This document shows, piece by piece, positions 11,349-20,538 of a stretch of DNA of 64,000 nt. Position numbers and translations under genes: made by a program. The stretch comes from an uncultured delta proteobacterium (GTDB taxonomy: Bacteria > Desulfobacterota > Desulfobacteria > Desulfobacterales > UBA2156). Every line of letters begins with the position of its first letter. Positions within the stretch are counted from its first letter, which is position 1. The notes under the pieces are model-generated. The model was not told where the DNA came from. It did not search any database and saw only the letters and a program-made list of their open reading frames with translations. Location of the stretch: positions 38,521-102,520 of the forward strand of contig CAVOQY010000004.1 of the NCBI GenBank assembly GCA_963698465.1, written 5' to 3'.

Positions 11349-12842
11349 CTATCCGACCCTTTTCCCGCGGATGGAACCTGGAAAGCTCTTCCGGCCTTTC
11401 TCGAGCCGGTCCTTCAATCCCTGCACCACCGTCTCCATGGCCATGCCCCTGGATCCTTTGACGAGAATCCAGTCTTTGGGTTTTAGACTGGAAATCAGAT
11501 TGTCGAGGATGGCTTCCTTGGTCCCGATGAAGACCTTTTTCTTGGGCATTCCCGCGCTCGTGGCGCCCATGGCCGTCGCCGAGGCAAAATTCCCGGTGAG
11601 ATACAGCCGGGAAGCGCCGGCATTTTTCACGTATTCGCCGATGTCCCGGTGCAGCGCTTCGGACTGGTCCCCCAGTTCCAGCATGTCCCCCAGCACGAAC
11701 AGGCACCGGCCTTGTTTTCCCTTGAGGCGCACAAGGGTGTCGATGGCCGCCTTCATGGATCCGGGATTGGCGTTGTAGGTGTCGTCGATGACGCGGACTT
11801 TTCCCTTCAAGGCCTTCACGGCCATGCGCCCCTTTTCCGGGACAAAGGCCCCGAGGCCTTCACGGATCCGTTTGGCGGAGAGTCCCAGAAGGTAACCCAC
11901 CGCGGCAGCGGCCAGGGCATTGGAAACCATGAACTTCCCGGGGGTGTTCAGCACCAGGGGAACTTTGCCTGAACGGGGTTTCGGAATCTGCAGGAAAAAG
12001 CGTACCCCGGCAGGTGTCTCCCGGATCGCCGTTGCCCGGACCTCGGCGCCTTTGCTCAGGCCGAAGAAAAGCACGTCGGTGGCCGCTCGGTCGACGAGTT
12101 TCGAGACGTTCGGGTCATCGGCGTTCAGGACTGCCCTGCCGCCTTTCCGGATATGTTCCAAAAGCTCGGCCTTGGCGTTGGCCACACCTTCCACGGAGCC
12201 CACCCCCTCCAGATGCGCCGGTGCGACGTTCGTGATGACGCCGACATCCGGCTTGCAGATCTTTGCAAGACGACCGATTTCTCCGGGGTGGTTCATCCCG
12301 AGCTCCACGACGGCCCACTGGTGGTGCGGGCAGAGGTTTAACAGGGTCAGCGGAACTCCGATTTCGTTGTTGTAATTGCCGATTGTGGCAAGCGTGGAAA
12401 AGCCCCGGCTGACGATTTCCGCAGTCATTTTTCGGGTCGCCGTCTTGCCGTTGGATCCCGTGATCGCCGCCACTTTTCCGCCCCACCGGCGCCGGTGGTA
12501 AGCCGCCAGGTCCCCGAGGGCCCGGACCGTGTCAGGTACGGACATGCACAGGGTCCCCTGCTCCCTGAACCGCCTCAGCGGAATCCGTCGGACACTTCTC
12601 CTCTCCACCAGCACGCCCGCCGCCCCTTTTTCCACCGCATCGGCAGCAAACCGGTGGCCGTCGAAATTCGGCCCCGTGATGGCGATAAAAAGCCGGCCGG
12701 CCGAGAGAGTGCGCGAATCGGTGGAAACGCCGGTGAGCCGTCGCCCCGGGCTTCCGGACAGGAGCCTGCCGCCGGTGGCCTCCAGGATCCGGGAAGCGGT
12801 CCAGAGGTACCTCGAGGCGGGCTTCGGGTTCTGGTCAGCCAT
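11349..12842 (-). CDS. murF: UDP-N-acetylmuramoyl-tripeptide--D-alanyl-D-alanine ligase MurF
   Basis: [12 protein letters not shown]-loop and DDTYNANP motif. The start is trimmed to the ATG at 12842 ([14 protein letters not shown]...), which overlaps the murE stop by 8 nt. The track ORF start at 12971 lies inside murE. Confidence 0.9.
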   Translation of the reverse strand: MADQNPKPASRYLWTASRILEATGGRLLSGSPGRRLTGVSTDSRTLSAGRLFIAITGPNFDGHRFAADAVEKGAAGVLVERRSVRRIPLRRFREQGTLCMSVPDTVRALGDLAAYHRRRWGGKVAAITGSNGKTATRKMTAEIVSRGFSTLATIGNYNNEIGVPLTLLNLCPHHQWAVVELGMNHPGEIGRLAKICKPDVGVITNVAPAHLEGVGSVEGVANAKAELLEHIRKGGRAVLNADDPNVSKLVDRAATDVLFFGLSKGAEVRATAIRETPAGVRFFLQIPKPRSGKVPLVLNTPGKFMVSNALAAAAVGYLLGLSAKRIREGLGAFVPEKGRMAVKALKGKVRVIDDTYNANPGSMKAAIDTLVRLKGKQGRCLFVLGDMLELGDQSEALHRDIGEYVKNAGASRLYLTGNFASATAMGATSAGMPKKKVFIGTKEAILDNLISSLKPKDWILVKGSRGMAMETVVQGLKDRLEKGRKSFPGSIRGKRVG

Positions 12843-14385
12843 GGTGCGGGTCCTTGTCGTCTTGGAGGGACAGGGCGGCCCTGGCTTCTTCGAAATCATC
12901 GAAGTGAACTCTCTTTTCCCCCCTGATCTGGTAGGTTTCGTGCCCTTTTCCTGCGATGAGAACCGCGTCACCCGGCCTGGCCGCTATGATCGCGGCACGG
13001 ATGGCTTTTCTGCGATCCGGTTCGATCCAGAAGGCCTTCCCGCCGCCGGGGACTTGCCCGTCAGGCTCCCCTTCCGTGGGACAGGAGCGCAATACTCCCT
13101 GCCGAATCTGCTCGATGATGGCTTCCGGGTCTTCCTTCCGGGGGTTGTCCGAGGTGATGACGATCCGGTCGCTGTATCTTCCGGCGATCTCTCCCATCAT
13201 GGGGCGCTTCTCCCGGTCCCGGTTGCCGCCGCACCCGAAGACGGTGAGGATTCTTTTCGGTTTTAGGTCGCGCACCGCCCTGAGCGCATTTTCCAGGGCA
13301 TCCGGAGTATGGGCGTAGTCCACGATGACATGCCTTCCCCGGGGATCTTCAACCCTGTCCAACCGTCCCGGCACCCTGCGCACCGCTTCGAGGCCCTCGC
13401 GGATGATTTCCGAAGAAAATCCGAGGGCGAATCCCACCCCTGCGGCACAGAGCATGTTTTCCAGGTTGTGCCGGCCAGGAAGGGGGGATTGCACCATAAA
13501 AGCTTCGGACGGGGTGTGAATGCGGGCTTCGATCCCGGACAGGTCCGACCTGAGAGTCTCGGCCCAGATGGCGTTGCCCGGATCGAATCCCACCGCGATG
13601 ACCGAACCGGGAAGGCTGGTCAAAAGCGTACGCACCCTGGGGTCGTTACCGTTGAGAACGGCCCGGGACCGGGTTTTCTTGGGCCCTGAATACAACAGTT
13701 CCGAGAAGAGACGCTTCTTGGACTCCCAGTACCGTTCCATGTCTTTGTGGAAATCGAGGTGGTCCCGGCTCAGATTGGTGAAAACGCCCACATCCATCCA
13801 GCAGTCCTCCACGCGGGAAAGCGAAAGGGCATGAGAGGAGACTTCCATGACCACGTGGGTCGCGCCGCTTGCACGCACATCCGACAGCATCCTCTGGAGT
13901 TCCAGGGATTCCGGCGTGGTCATCGGACTGTCGAGGTTTCTCCCGGCAAAGCGGCAGCAGATCGTCCCTAAAAGACCGGCGGACAGTCCGGCTTGTCTGA
14001 AGATGCTTTCCACCAGGAAGGCCGTGGTGGTCTTTCCGTTGGTCCCGGTGATTCCGACCAACGTCAATTTCTCCGAAGGATTCCCGTAGAATTCAGCGGC
14101 AATTCCTGAAAGGGCCTTTCGCGTATCCTGGACCACCAGGCACGGGACAGGCATGGGAACGAGCCTCTGGGCCACCACCGCAGCCGCCCCGCGCTTCAGG
14201 GCATCGTCGATATAGTCATGTCCGTCGGCGTTCTGCCCCTTAATGGCCACGAACAATCCCCCTTCCTCCACCGCTTGCGCCCGGTAGTGGATGCCCCGAA
14301 TATCGACCTGTCCCTCTATGGACGGCGGCACCACGTCCACCGCCTGGACCGATGCCATCCTCTGGATCAAAAGGGAGAGTTTCAT
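12835..14385 (-). CDS. murE: UDP-N-acetylmuramoyl-L-alanyl-D-glutamate--2,6-diaminopimelate ligase MurE
   Basis: GITGTNGKTTT P-loop, DYAHTPDAL, and a DNPR motif (TSDNPRKEDP) typical of meso-DAP-adding MurE. Confidence 0.93.
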   Translation of the reverse strand: MKLSLLIQRMASVQAVDVVPPSIEGQVDIRGIHYRAQAVEEGGLFVAIKGQNADGHDYIDDALKRGAAAVVAQRLVPMPVPCLVVQDTRKALSGIAAEFYGNPSEKLTLVGITGTNGKTTTAFLVESIFRQAGLSAGLLGTICCRFAGRNLDSPMTTPESLELQRMLSDVRASGATHVVMEVSSHALSLSRVEDCWMDVGVFTNLSRDHLDFHKDMERYWESKKRLFSELLYSGPKKTRSRAVLNGNDPRVRTLLTSLPGSVIAVGFDPGNAIWAETLRSDLSGIEARIHTPSEAFMVQSPLPGRHNLENMLCAAGVGFALGFSSEIIREGLEAVRRVPGRLDRVEDPRGRHVIVDYAHTPDALENALRAVRDLKPKRILTVFGCGGNRDREKRPMMGEIAGRYSDRIVITSDNPRKEDPEAIIEQIRQGVLRSCPTEGEPDGQVPGGGKAFWIEPDRRKAIRAAIIAARPGDAVLIAGKGHETYQIRGEKRVHFDDFEEARAALSLQDDKDPHHG

Positions 14386-16121
14386 GCCTTCTCCTGGAGC
14401 CCGTTCCGGGCGGTCACCTTGTCCTCCGGCCCCTCCTCCGGAGGCACATTCAGGTATCCCAGGGTTTCCTGGGCGATCCGCCGGAACGCCGGCGCCGCCA
14501 CCGTGCCGCCGTAGTGGGCGCCCACCGGCTCATCCACGACGACCAAAACGGAAATCCGGGGGTTTTCCACCGGGGCGAATCCTACAAAAGAGGAAACATA
14601 TTTGCCCCTCGCGTACGACCCTTGGTCATCCACCTTCTGCGCCGTTCCGGTCTTTCCGGCGGCGGAATAGCCGTCCAGGGCGGCCTTCGTCCCGGTCCCG
14701 CCCTTTTCGATGACGGCCCGCAGCATCTCTTTGACTTCCAGGGCGGTCTTGGTAGAAATCGCGTTTCGAACCTTTTTAGGCCCGAACGCGGTTAAAATGC
14801 GGCCGTTTTTATCCGTGATCCCCAGAACCAGAAACGGTTTCATGAGAGCTCCGTTGTTGGCGATGGCCGAAACCGCCGTGATCAGCTGCATGGCGGAAAC
14901 GGACAGGCCCTGGCCGAAAGCAATAACCGCCGAATCGATTCGCTTCCATCTTTCGAAGGGCGCCAGGCTCCCTGGGGTCTCGCCGGGACAGTCGATGTCG
15001 GTTTTCTCTCCGAAGCCGAACGCGCGGAGGGTGCGATGCAGGGTTTCGGCTCCAATGGACTGGCTCACCTTGACCGCCCCGATGTTGCTCGAATACTTGA
15101 CCACCTCTTTCAGGGTCATCCACCCGTGGGGATGGGTATCGTGAATGACATGCCGACCCACGGGATAGGCGCCGTTTTCACCGAAGAAGATGGAAGATCC
15201 GGACAGGCTTCCGCTCTCCAGGGCCGCGGCCGCGGTGAAGATTTTCATGGTGGACCCGGGCTCGAAGGCATCGGTCACCGCACGGTTCCGCCAGGTCTGC
15301 CGGCTGAAAGACTGGAAATCGTTAGGGTTGAGAAAAGGATAGTGGGCCAAGGCCAGAACCGCTCCGGTCCCGGTCTCCATGACAATGGCAATCCCTGATT
15401 TGGCCGAAAAAGTTTCCACGGCCTCCCTCAAGGCACTGTCCACGATATATTGAATGGTCCGGTCGAGGGTCAGGACCAGGTTGTTCCCGTTGAAATCCCT
15501 TTCCCCTGAAGTGCCGTCATCCAAGTCGCGGCCCAGGGCATCCTTGACCACCATAAATTCACCGGCTTCCCCCCGCAAATACCGGTCGTAATAAAACTCG
15601 ATCCCTTCCAGCCCCCTTCCGTCAATCCCTGAAAAACCGATGACTTGGGCGCCCAACGTCCGGTTCGGATAAAACCGGCTGTGCTCGGGAATGAAGTCGA
15701 TGCCTTCGATTTGAAGCGCCTTGACATTCACGGTTTCCCTGGGAGTGACTTGTTTTTTTACCCAAACGAAATTCTTCTTGGCGGACAGCTTCCGGATCAA
15801 CTCCTTCCTTTCGATCTGAAGTTCCTTGGCGAGCGCCTTCACACGCTGGGGTGTTTCCTGGATCTGCCCCGGGTACGCCGCGATGGACGGCAATTCGTTG
15901 GTCACCGCCATTTCGCTGTAGTTGCGGTCGTAGATGGTTCCCCGCTTCCCCCGGGATACCAGGGATTTCCGGTACTGGTCGGAGGCCTTTTCAGACAAGA
16001 CGGAATTGCAGAAGACCTGGAGATACACAGCCTTGGCCCCAATGGCGCCCATAACGACGCCGAAGAAAAGGCCGACTGCTGTGATGCGCATCCCCACTTT
16101 GTTTCGAGTTTTCCTGCTCAT
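14382..16121 (-). CDS. ftsI: peptidoglycan D,D-transpeptidase FtsI (PBP3)
   Basis: N-terminal TM anchor and the class B PBP motifs STMK (PGSTMKIF), SSN (YSSNIGAVK) and KTGT (GKTGTAQK). Confidence 0.92.
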   Translation of the reverse strand: MSRKTRNKVGMRITAVGLFFGVVMGAIGAKAVYLQVFCNSVLSEKASDQYRKSLVSRGKRGTIYDRNYSEMAVTNELPSIAAYPGQIQETPQRVKALAKELQIERKELIRKLSAKKNFVWVKKQVTPRETVNVKALQIEGIDFIPEHSRFYPNRTLGAQVIGFSGIDGRGLEGIEFYYDRYLRGEAGEFMVVKDALGRDLDDGTSGERDFNGNNLVLTLDRTIQYIVDSALREAVETFSAKSGIAIVMETGTGAVLALAHYPFLNPNDFQSFSRQTWRNRAVTDAFEPGSTMKIFTAAAALESGSLSGSSIFFGENGAYPVGRHVIHDTHPHGWMTLKEVVKYSSNIGAVKVSQSIGAETLHRTLRAFGFGEKTDIDCPGETPGSLAPFERWKRIDSAVIAFGQGLSVSAMQLITAVSAIANNGALMKPFLVLGITDKNGRILTAFGPKKVRNAISTKTALEVKEMLRAVIEKGGTGTKAALDGYSAAGKTGTAQKVDDQGSYARGKYVSSFVGFAPVENPRISVLVVVDEPVGAHYGGTVAAPAFRRIAQETLGYLNVPPEEGPEDKVTARNGLQEKA

Positions 16122-16414
16122 GGAATCGTCACGACCTGTTCGGGTGCCGGCATCTTCAAATCGAACTGCTTTTTTGCCATCTCGGAAAGGCGGTGGGGCG
16201 CACGGAGAAGGGCAAGCTCGATGGTCAGGTCCTTTTCGAGTTTGACGAGTTCCTTCTGCCGGCCCATGGCCCTTGAAATTTCATAGCTGATCTTCATGGA
16301 TTGCACGCGGCACCAGGTATAAAAAAAAAGCTCTGCAACGAAGAGGCTCAAGATCAAGAGCCAGGAAACAACGGCGGCACGTTTTCCCCGTCTATTCCCG
16401 CTGACTGCTTCCAT
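16118..16414 (-). CDS. ftsL: cell division protein FtsL (small bitopic protein)
   Basis: Position between rsmH and ftsI. It has a single TM helix (VVSWLLILSLFVAELFFYTW) followed by a coiled-coil-like segment. I chose the start at MEAVSG (16414) because the track start at 16480 overlaps rsmH. Confidence 0.7.
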   Translation of the reverse strand: MEAVSGNRRGKRAAVVSWLLILSLFVAELFFYTWCRVQSMKISYEISRAMGRQKELVKLEKDLTIELALLRAPHRLSEMAKKQFDLKMPAPEQVVTIP

Positions 16415-16451
16415 GGGCCCTTCTCTCGCTTTCTTCCCTTTGGACCGAAAA

Positions 16452-17399
16452 TCAGGCGCCCGGAAGCCTGACAGCTGCACGCAGCCTCGCGCTTCGGGCC
16501 ATGGGGTTTCGTTTGATCTCCGATTCCGAAGGCCTCAAAGGCTTCGGAGTGGACACTTGCATCATGGGCTTGCGCCCGCACGTGCACCGGGGAAAATCCG
16601 GAGGGCAGGTGCACGGGTTTGCAAACTCTTTGAATCGGTTTTTGACGATCCGGTCTTCCAGGGAGTGAAACGACAGGACGCAAAGACGGCCCAGGGGATT
16701 GAGTCGTTCCACGGCGAAGCCCAGAAAAGCGTTCAGATTTTCCAATTCGTGATTGACGGCGATCCGCAGAGCCATGAACGTTCGGGTTGCCGGATGGATC
16801 CGCCTCGAAGCGGATGCGCGGGATAAAACAGCCCTGGAAACGAGATCTGCAAGCTCGAGGCTGGTATGGATGCGGCGGCGCTTTCTGGCGTGAACCAGGT
16901 TTCGGGCGATCTTTCTGGCGAAGCGTTCTTCACCGAAGGACCTGAAAATGGCCGCAAGCTGGTTTTCTTCCAGCTCGTTGACCAGGTCTTCGGCGCGCAC
17001 CCGTGTTCGTTCGTCCATCCGCATGTCCAAGGGCTCGTCTTTCTTGAAACTGAAGCCCCGCCCTCCGTATTCAAGTTGCTGAAAGGAGACGCCCAGATCG
17101 AGGAGGATCCCGTCAACAGCAGGGACATTCAGTTGCTGGAGGTAGTCGGGGAGTTGGGTGAAATTGCCGTGAAACAGGTGCACACGGCGTGCATGAGGTT
17201 TCAGGATCTGTTTGGCGTGGGTGATGGCTTCCCGGTCCCAATCGATGCCGATCAGGATCCCATCCGCTGGAAGGGTTTCCAAAATTGCCTTTGCATGTCC
17301 TCCGCCGCCAAGGGTACAGTCTGCAAATATTTTCCCCTGACCGGGTTTCAGGTGGTCCAGGACTTCTCGCGTCATGACGGGAACATGATGAAACGGCAT
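16452..17399 (-). CDS. rsmH: 16S rRNA (cytosine1402-N4)-methyltransferase RsmH/MraW
   Basis: HVPVMTREVL, DCTLGGGGHA, DLGVSFQQL and SFHSLEDRIVK motifs. Confidence 0.95.
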   Translation of the reverse strand: MPFHHVPVMTREVLDHLKPGQGKIFADCTLGGGGHAKAILETLPADGILIGIDWDREAITHAKQILKPHARRVHLFHGNFTQLPDYLQQLNVPAVDGILLDLGVSFQQLEYGGRGFSFKKDEPLDMRMDERTRVRAEDLVNELEENQLAAIFRSFGEERFARKIARNLVHARKRRRIHTSLELADLVSRAVLSRASASRRIHPATRTFMALRIAVNHELENLNAFLGFAVERLNPLGRLCVLSFHSLEDRIVKNRFKEFANPCTCPPDFPRCTCGRKPMMQVSTPKPLRPSESEIKRNPMARSARLRAAVRLPGA

Positions 17400-17402
17400 C
17401 GA

Positions 17403-17849
17403 TCATATTCCTAGCTTGGCAATTTCGTTCCGGACATCCTCCTTTTTCATATCCTGTTCCATTTCGATATTTTCGTTTTCCCAGTTCTCTCGAGACCAGA
17501 TCTCGAAGTGGTCGAGCACGCCCACCAGGACGACCTCCTTTTCGATCTCCGCGTACTGTCTTAAGAGGGGCGGAATCAACATGCGCCCCTGCTTGTCAAA
17601 GGGACAGTCTGAGGCCCCTCCGATGAACACCCGCCTGAAACGACGCATGTTGTCGCTCTTTTCCGCCAGTGAAAGGATCTTGGCTTCCACCTTCTTCCAC
17701 TCCTCGAAGCTGTAGGCATAAAGGCCCTTGTCCAGCCTCGAAAGCATCAGGCGATCGGCCCCGCTGTTTCCGAACACTTCCCGGAAACGGGCGGGGATAA
17801 CCAGCCGTCCCTTGTCGTCAATGGTGTGAAAAGAGCTTCCCCTGAACAT
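17403..17849 (-). CDS. mraZ: transcriptional regulator MraZ
   Basis: Two SpoVT/AbrB-like repeats carrying the DxxxR motif (IDDKGRLVIPARFR and FDKQGRMLIPPLLR). The start is trimmed to the ATG at 17849 (MFRGSSFHTIDDKGR). Confidence 0.93.
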   Translation of the reverse strand: MFRGSSFHTIDDKGRLVIPARFREVFGNSGADRLMLSRLDKGLYAYSFEEWKKVEAKILSLAEKSDNMRRFRRVFIGGASDCPFDKQGRMLIPPLLRQYAEIEKEVVLVGVLDHFEIWSRENWENENIEMEQDMKKEDVRNEIAKLGI

Positions 17850-17854
17850 ATTTA

Positions 17855-17918
17855 AACCCTTTTTTACCACTTTATACCACTTGAAGCGCATAAAAACCGA
17901 TTTTACCCTGCATGTCAA
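17855..17918 (-). promoter_or_regulatory. Pmra-like sigma70 promoter plus three phased MraZ-box direct repeats
   Basis: The minus strand reads TTGACA (17918-17913), 17 nt, TTTTAT (17895-17890), then CAAGTGGTAT-AAAGTGGTAA-AAAAGGGTTT (about 17884-17855). That is, three G/A-T/G-GGT cores at 10-nt spacing immediately upstream of the mraZ ATG. Confidence 0.55.
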
Positions 17919-18147
17919 GGAAAAAATGCGGTTTCAACTATTATTTTTATAATAAATTCGATGAAGTCAAAACCCTATTCCATAAGCGAAAAGGGTGGAG
18001 TGATGTGGTGGATTTGGAAAAAAATGCCGCCTCAAAAGGGATGTCGGAGGCTGAAGTGCCTGGACATTTACAGAGCCTCCGGATCTTGCTAAAGAGATTG
18101 GGATTAAAGGTCGCCTTTGAAAAACATCGTGGAGCAAGGGGGAAGCT

Positions 18148-18492
18148 TTGGAAGAAAACGAAAAAATCCTATCCCAAAAAGATCTGGATTGGGAAAACCG
18201 CCGACTTTGTGTGGATGAAGCCTGCATCGGCGTCATCGGCCCCGATGGCCGCTGCAAAGAATGCGGCAAACCCGAAGATCTAAAAAACCGGAAAACCCCT
18301 GATACCGCGCCGGTTGTTGCCGATGACGAGGCCTCCCTTCCCTCCGATCCCGAACCCCAGGACAGGGAAGCGGCGACGGGCCCGGAGGCCTACTGGGAAG
18401 ACCGCCGGCTTTGTGTGGATGAAGCCTGCATCGGCGTCATCGGCCCCGATGGCCGCTGTAAAGAATGCGGCAAATCCGAAGACGGGTCGTGA
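18148..18492 (+). CDS. small acidic protein with two copies of a C-x4-C-x9-C-x2-C (zinc-ribbon-like) module
   Basis: The 114-aa ORF has a TTG start preceded by AAGGGGGAAG. The module W(E)xRRLCVDEACIGVIGPDGRCKECGK occurs twice, joined by a Pro/Asp/Glu-rich linker. I do not recognise the family. Confidence 0.5.
   Translation: MEENEKILSQKDLDWENRRLCVDEACIGVIGPDGRCKECGKPEDLKNRKTPDTAPVVADDEASLPSDPEPQDREAATGPEAYWEDRRLCVDEACIGVIGPDGRCKECGKSEDGS
18190..18483 (+). repeat. two ~90-nt direct repeats (18190-18279 and 18394-18483), period 204 nt
   Basis: By my manual alignment the two copies differ at about 5 positions over an 87-nt core inside these spans. The period is a multiple of 3 and the repeats encode the duplicated Cys4 module. 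Confidence 0.9.
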
Positions 18493-18628
18493 AATCGCAT
18501 GGAAAAGGAGCGCGTCGTGGAAAAAATCGAAATCGAGCATCAACCCGATGAACACCGCCTCAAAGAGGCCGGCATTTTGGTGAAAAAAAGCGTCAAAAAA
18601 CATTACCGGTTCGAATGAGTCTTTTCCC

Positions 18629-19084
18629 ATGAGACGAAAAGAAAAAGAGATCACCGATTCATCAGAGATCGAATCGGTCATTCAAAAGGCCCGGATCTGC
18701 CGTGTCGGGATGGTGGATGGCGACCGGCCTTACGTCGTCCCCATGTGCTTCGGATACGAAACGGGAACCATCTATCTCCATTCCGCCCAAGCAGGCCGGA
18801 AGATAACGGTTTTCAAGAAAAACGCGAACGTGTGCGTGGAATTCGACACGGATCAGGTTTTGGTGGAAAACGAGAAGGCCTGTCGTTTCGGAATGCGGTA
18901 TGCCAGCGTCCTGGCCTTCGGAAAGATCCGTTTCGTTAAGGACCCCGACTCCAAGCGACACGCCCTGGACCTCATCATCGGTCACTACCGTGAGGGTTCT
19001 TTCGACTATCCGGATGACAGCCTCGCCCAAACGGCCGTCCTTGAGGTGGACGTGGAAACCCTGACCGGAAAACGGTCGAGGTAA
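18629..19084 (+). CDS. pyridoxamine 5'-phosphate oxidase family (NimA-like, FMN-binding split barrel) protein
   Basis: The 151-aa protein has MRRKEKEITDSSEIESVIQKARICRVGMVDGDRPYVVPMCFGY...IYLHSAQAGRK, typical of the Pyridox_ox_2/Nim family. Confidence 0.8.
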   Translation: MRRKEKEITDSSEIESVIQKARICRVGMVDGDRPYVVPMCFGYETGTIYLHSAQAGRKITVFKKNANVCVEFDTDQVLVENEKACRFGMRYASVLAFGKIRFVKDPDSKRHALDLIIGHYREGSFDYPDDSLAQTAVLEVDVETLTGKRSR

Positions 19085-19095
19085 GGAACCCCCGT

Positions 19096-19797
19096 ATGGG
19101 ATCCCCAGAAATCCAGGCGCCGGGTGACCGGCTTTCTTCGAAAAAACCACGAGCCATCCGCCCCTCGCGGAAGCCCATCGCCGCCCTGGCAAAACGGCTT
19201 TTCAAAGGGGCCCGGGCCAGCCACGACTGGGAGCACACGTTGCGGGTCTGCCGCCTTTGTCGGGGCATGGGTCCACTCGAAGGGGCGGACATGGAAATCC
19301 TCCTCACGGCCGCATACCTGCACGACATCGGTCGAAACTGCCAGGATGCTTCCAACGGTGTCCTCTGCCATGCGCAAAAAGGGGCCCGGATGGCCGAACC
19401 CATCGTCGCTTCCCTGGGGCTTTCCCGGAACCGTCAGGAAAACATTCTCCACTGCATCCGATCCCATCGATTTCGAGGCAATTGTCGGCCCAAGACCATC
19501 GAAGCCAAAGTTCTGTTCGACGCCGACAAGCTGGACGCCATCGGAGCCGTGGGGATCGCACGGGCTTATCTTTTCGCCGGCGAAGTCGGGGCGCGACTCC
19601 ACAATCCCTTCGTTAAAATCGAAGCGACCCGGCCCTACTCCAACAACGACACCGGTTACCGTGAATACAGGGTCAAGCTTTCCAAGATCCGCGATCGGAT
19701 GCAAACAAAAACCGGGAAGCGTCTGGCGGAGGACCGCCATCGCTTCATGGAAGCTTTCTTCAAACGATTTCAAGAAGAACATGCTGGAAAGAGGTGA
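19096..19797 (+). CDS. HD-domain metal-dependent phosphohydrolase
   Basis: WEHTLRV...AAYLHDIGR (the H...HD motif) and a downstream FDADKLDAIG. Confidence 0.8.
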   Translation: MGSPEIQAPGDRLSSKKPRAIRPSRKPIAALAKRLFKGARASHDWEHTLRVCRLCRGMGPLEGADMEILLTAAYLHDIGRNCQDASNGVLCHAQKGARMAEPIVASLGLSRNRQENILHCIRSHRFRGNCRPKTIEAKVLFDADKLDAIGAVGIARAYLFAGEVGARLHNPFVKIEATRPYSNNDTGYREYRVKLSKIRDRMQTKTGKRLAEDRHRFMEAFFKRFQEEHAGKR

Positions 19798-19802
19798 AGC
19801 CA

Positions 19803-20486
19803 ATGAGCATCAATGTGGTGGAAAAAATCGACGATCGGGTCAAGGTCAATCACGTTCTGATCAGCGTTTCGGACAAATCGAACCTGGAGACTTTCGTCGG
19901 ACGTCTCACCGACATCTGCCCTGCCGTCCGGATCTTTTCAACGGGCGGCACCTTCAGTCGGATCCGGGAAATCCTCGGCAAGAGGGCGGACGGGGTCCTG
20001 CGCCAGGTTTCCGAATATACCGGACAGCCGGAAACCCAGGGCGGCCTGGTGAAAACACTCGATTTCAAGATCTATCTCGGGCTTCTGACAGAGACTTATA
20101 ATGAAGCACACCAGGGGGATCTGAAACGCACGTCGAGCGTTCCCATCGACATGGTGGTCGTGAACCTCTATCCTTTCGCCACCACGGTTTCCAAGCCCGA
20201 AGCCACCGTGGAAACGGCCCGGGGCAACATCGACATCGGCGGCCCCTGCATGATTCGGGCGGCCGCCAAGAATTTCATCCGGGTGGCTTCCGTGGTGAAT
20301 CCGGAGGACTACCCGGGTCTCATCGAAGAACTGGAAAAAAACAGGGGGGCCACGACGCTTCGGCAACGGTTCCACCTGGCCCGGAAAGCCTTTGCCCATA
20401 CGGCCGCCTACGACGGCGCCATCGCCGAGTATCTTTCAGGCAGGTCCTTCGAGGACGTTTTGCCCTGCTACTCGTTTCAGTCATGA
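19803..20486 (+). CDS. stand-alone IMP cyclohydrolase (PurH N-terminal MGS-like domain only)
   Basis: ISVSDKSN, STGGT, VKTLDFKIYLGLL, DMVVVNLYPF, NIDIGGPCMIRAAAKNF and NPEDY are colinear with the IMPCH half of PurH. The ORF stops in the interdomain linker and no AICAR formyltransferase domain follows. ATG at 19803; the track start at 19794 is GTG. Confidence 0.8.
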   Translation: MSINVVEKIDDRVKVNHVLISVSDKSNLETFVGRLTDICPAVRIFSTGGTFSRIREILGKRADGVLRQVSEYTGQPETQGGLVKTLDFKIYLGLLTETYNEAHQGDLKRTSSVPIDMVVVNLYPFATTVSKPEATVETARGNIDIGGPCMIRAAAKNFIRVASVVNPEDYPGLIEELEKNRGATTLRQRFHLARKAFAHTAAYDGAIAEYLSGRSFEDVLPCYSFQS

Positions 20487-20538
20487 TCGCACCCCGTCAT
20501 TGAATTCAGGCTCACTGCCGCCCCAGGAAGGGACTGTC

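Noticed and set aside
10119-11461. ORFs 10211-11461 (+) and 10119-11081 (-) overlapping mraY
   Set aside because: These are alternative frames of the mraY region. Only the 10268-11347 minus-strand frame gives a polytopic membrane protein with MraY motifs.
17912-18283. 123-aa plus-strand ORF starting in the mraZ promoter region
   Set aside because: It starts inside the AT-rich promoter and reads the first Cys-module repeat in a frame that gives ADFVWMKPASASSAPMAAAKNAANP. The alternative frame (18148-18492) yields a coherent duplicated Cys4 module with mostly silent differences between copies.
18499-18618. 39-codon ORF (MEKERVVEKIEIEHQPDEHRLKEAGILVKKSVKKHYRFE) between the Cys-module gene and the PNPOx gene
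   Set aside because: It is too short and lacks a recognisable RBS or motif. It vaguely resembles the N-terminus of small cupin proteins, but I cannot support that, so I left it unannotated.
19006-19803. 265-aa minus-strand ORF
   Set aside because: It is antisense to the HD-domain gene, whose plus-strand frame carries the H...HD...D metal-binding motifs.
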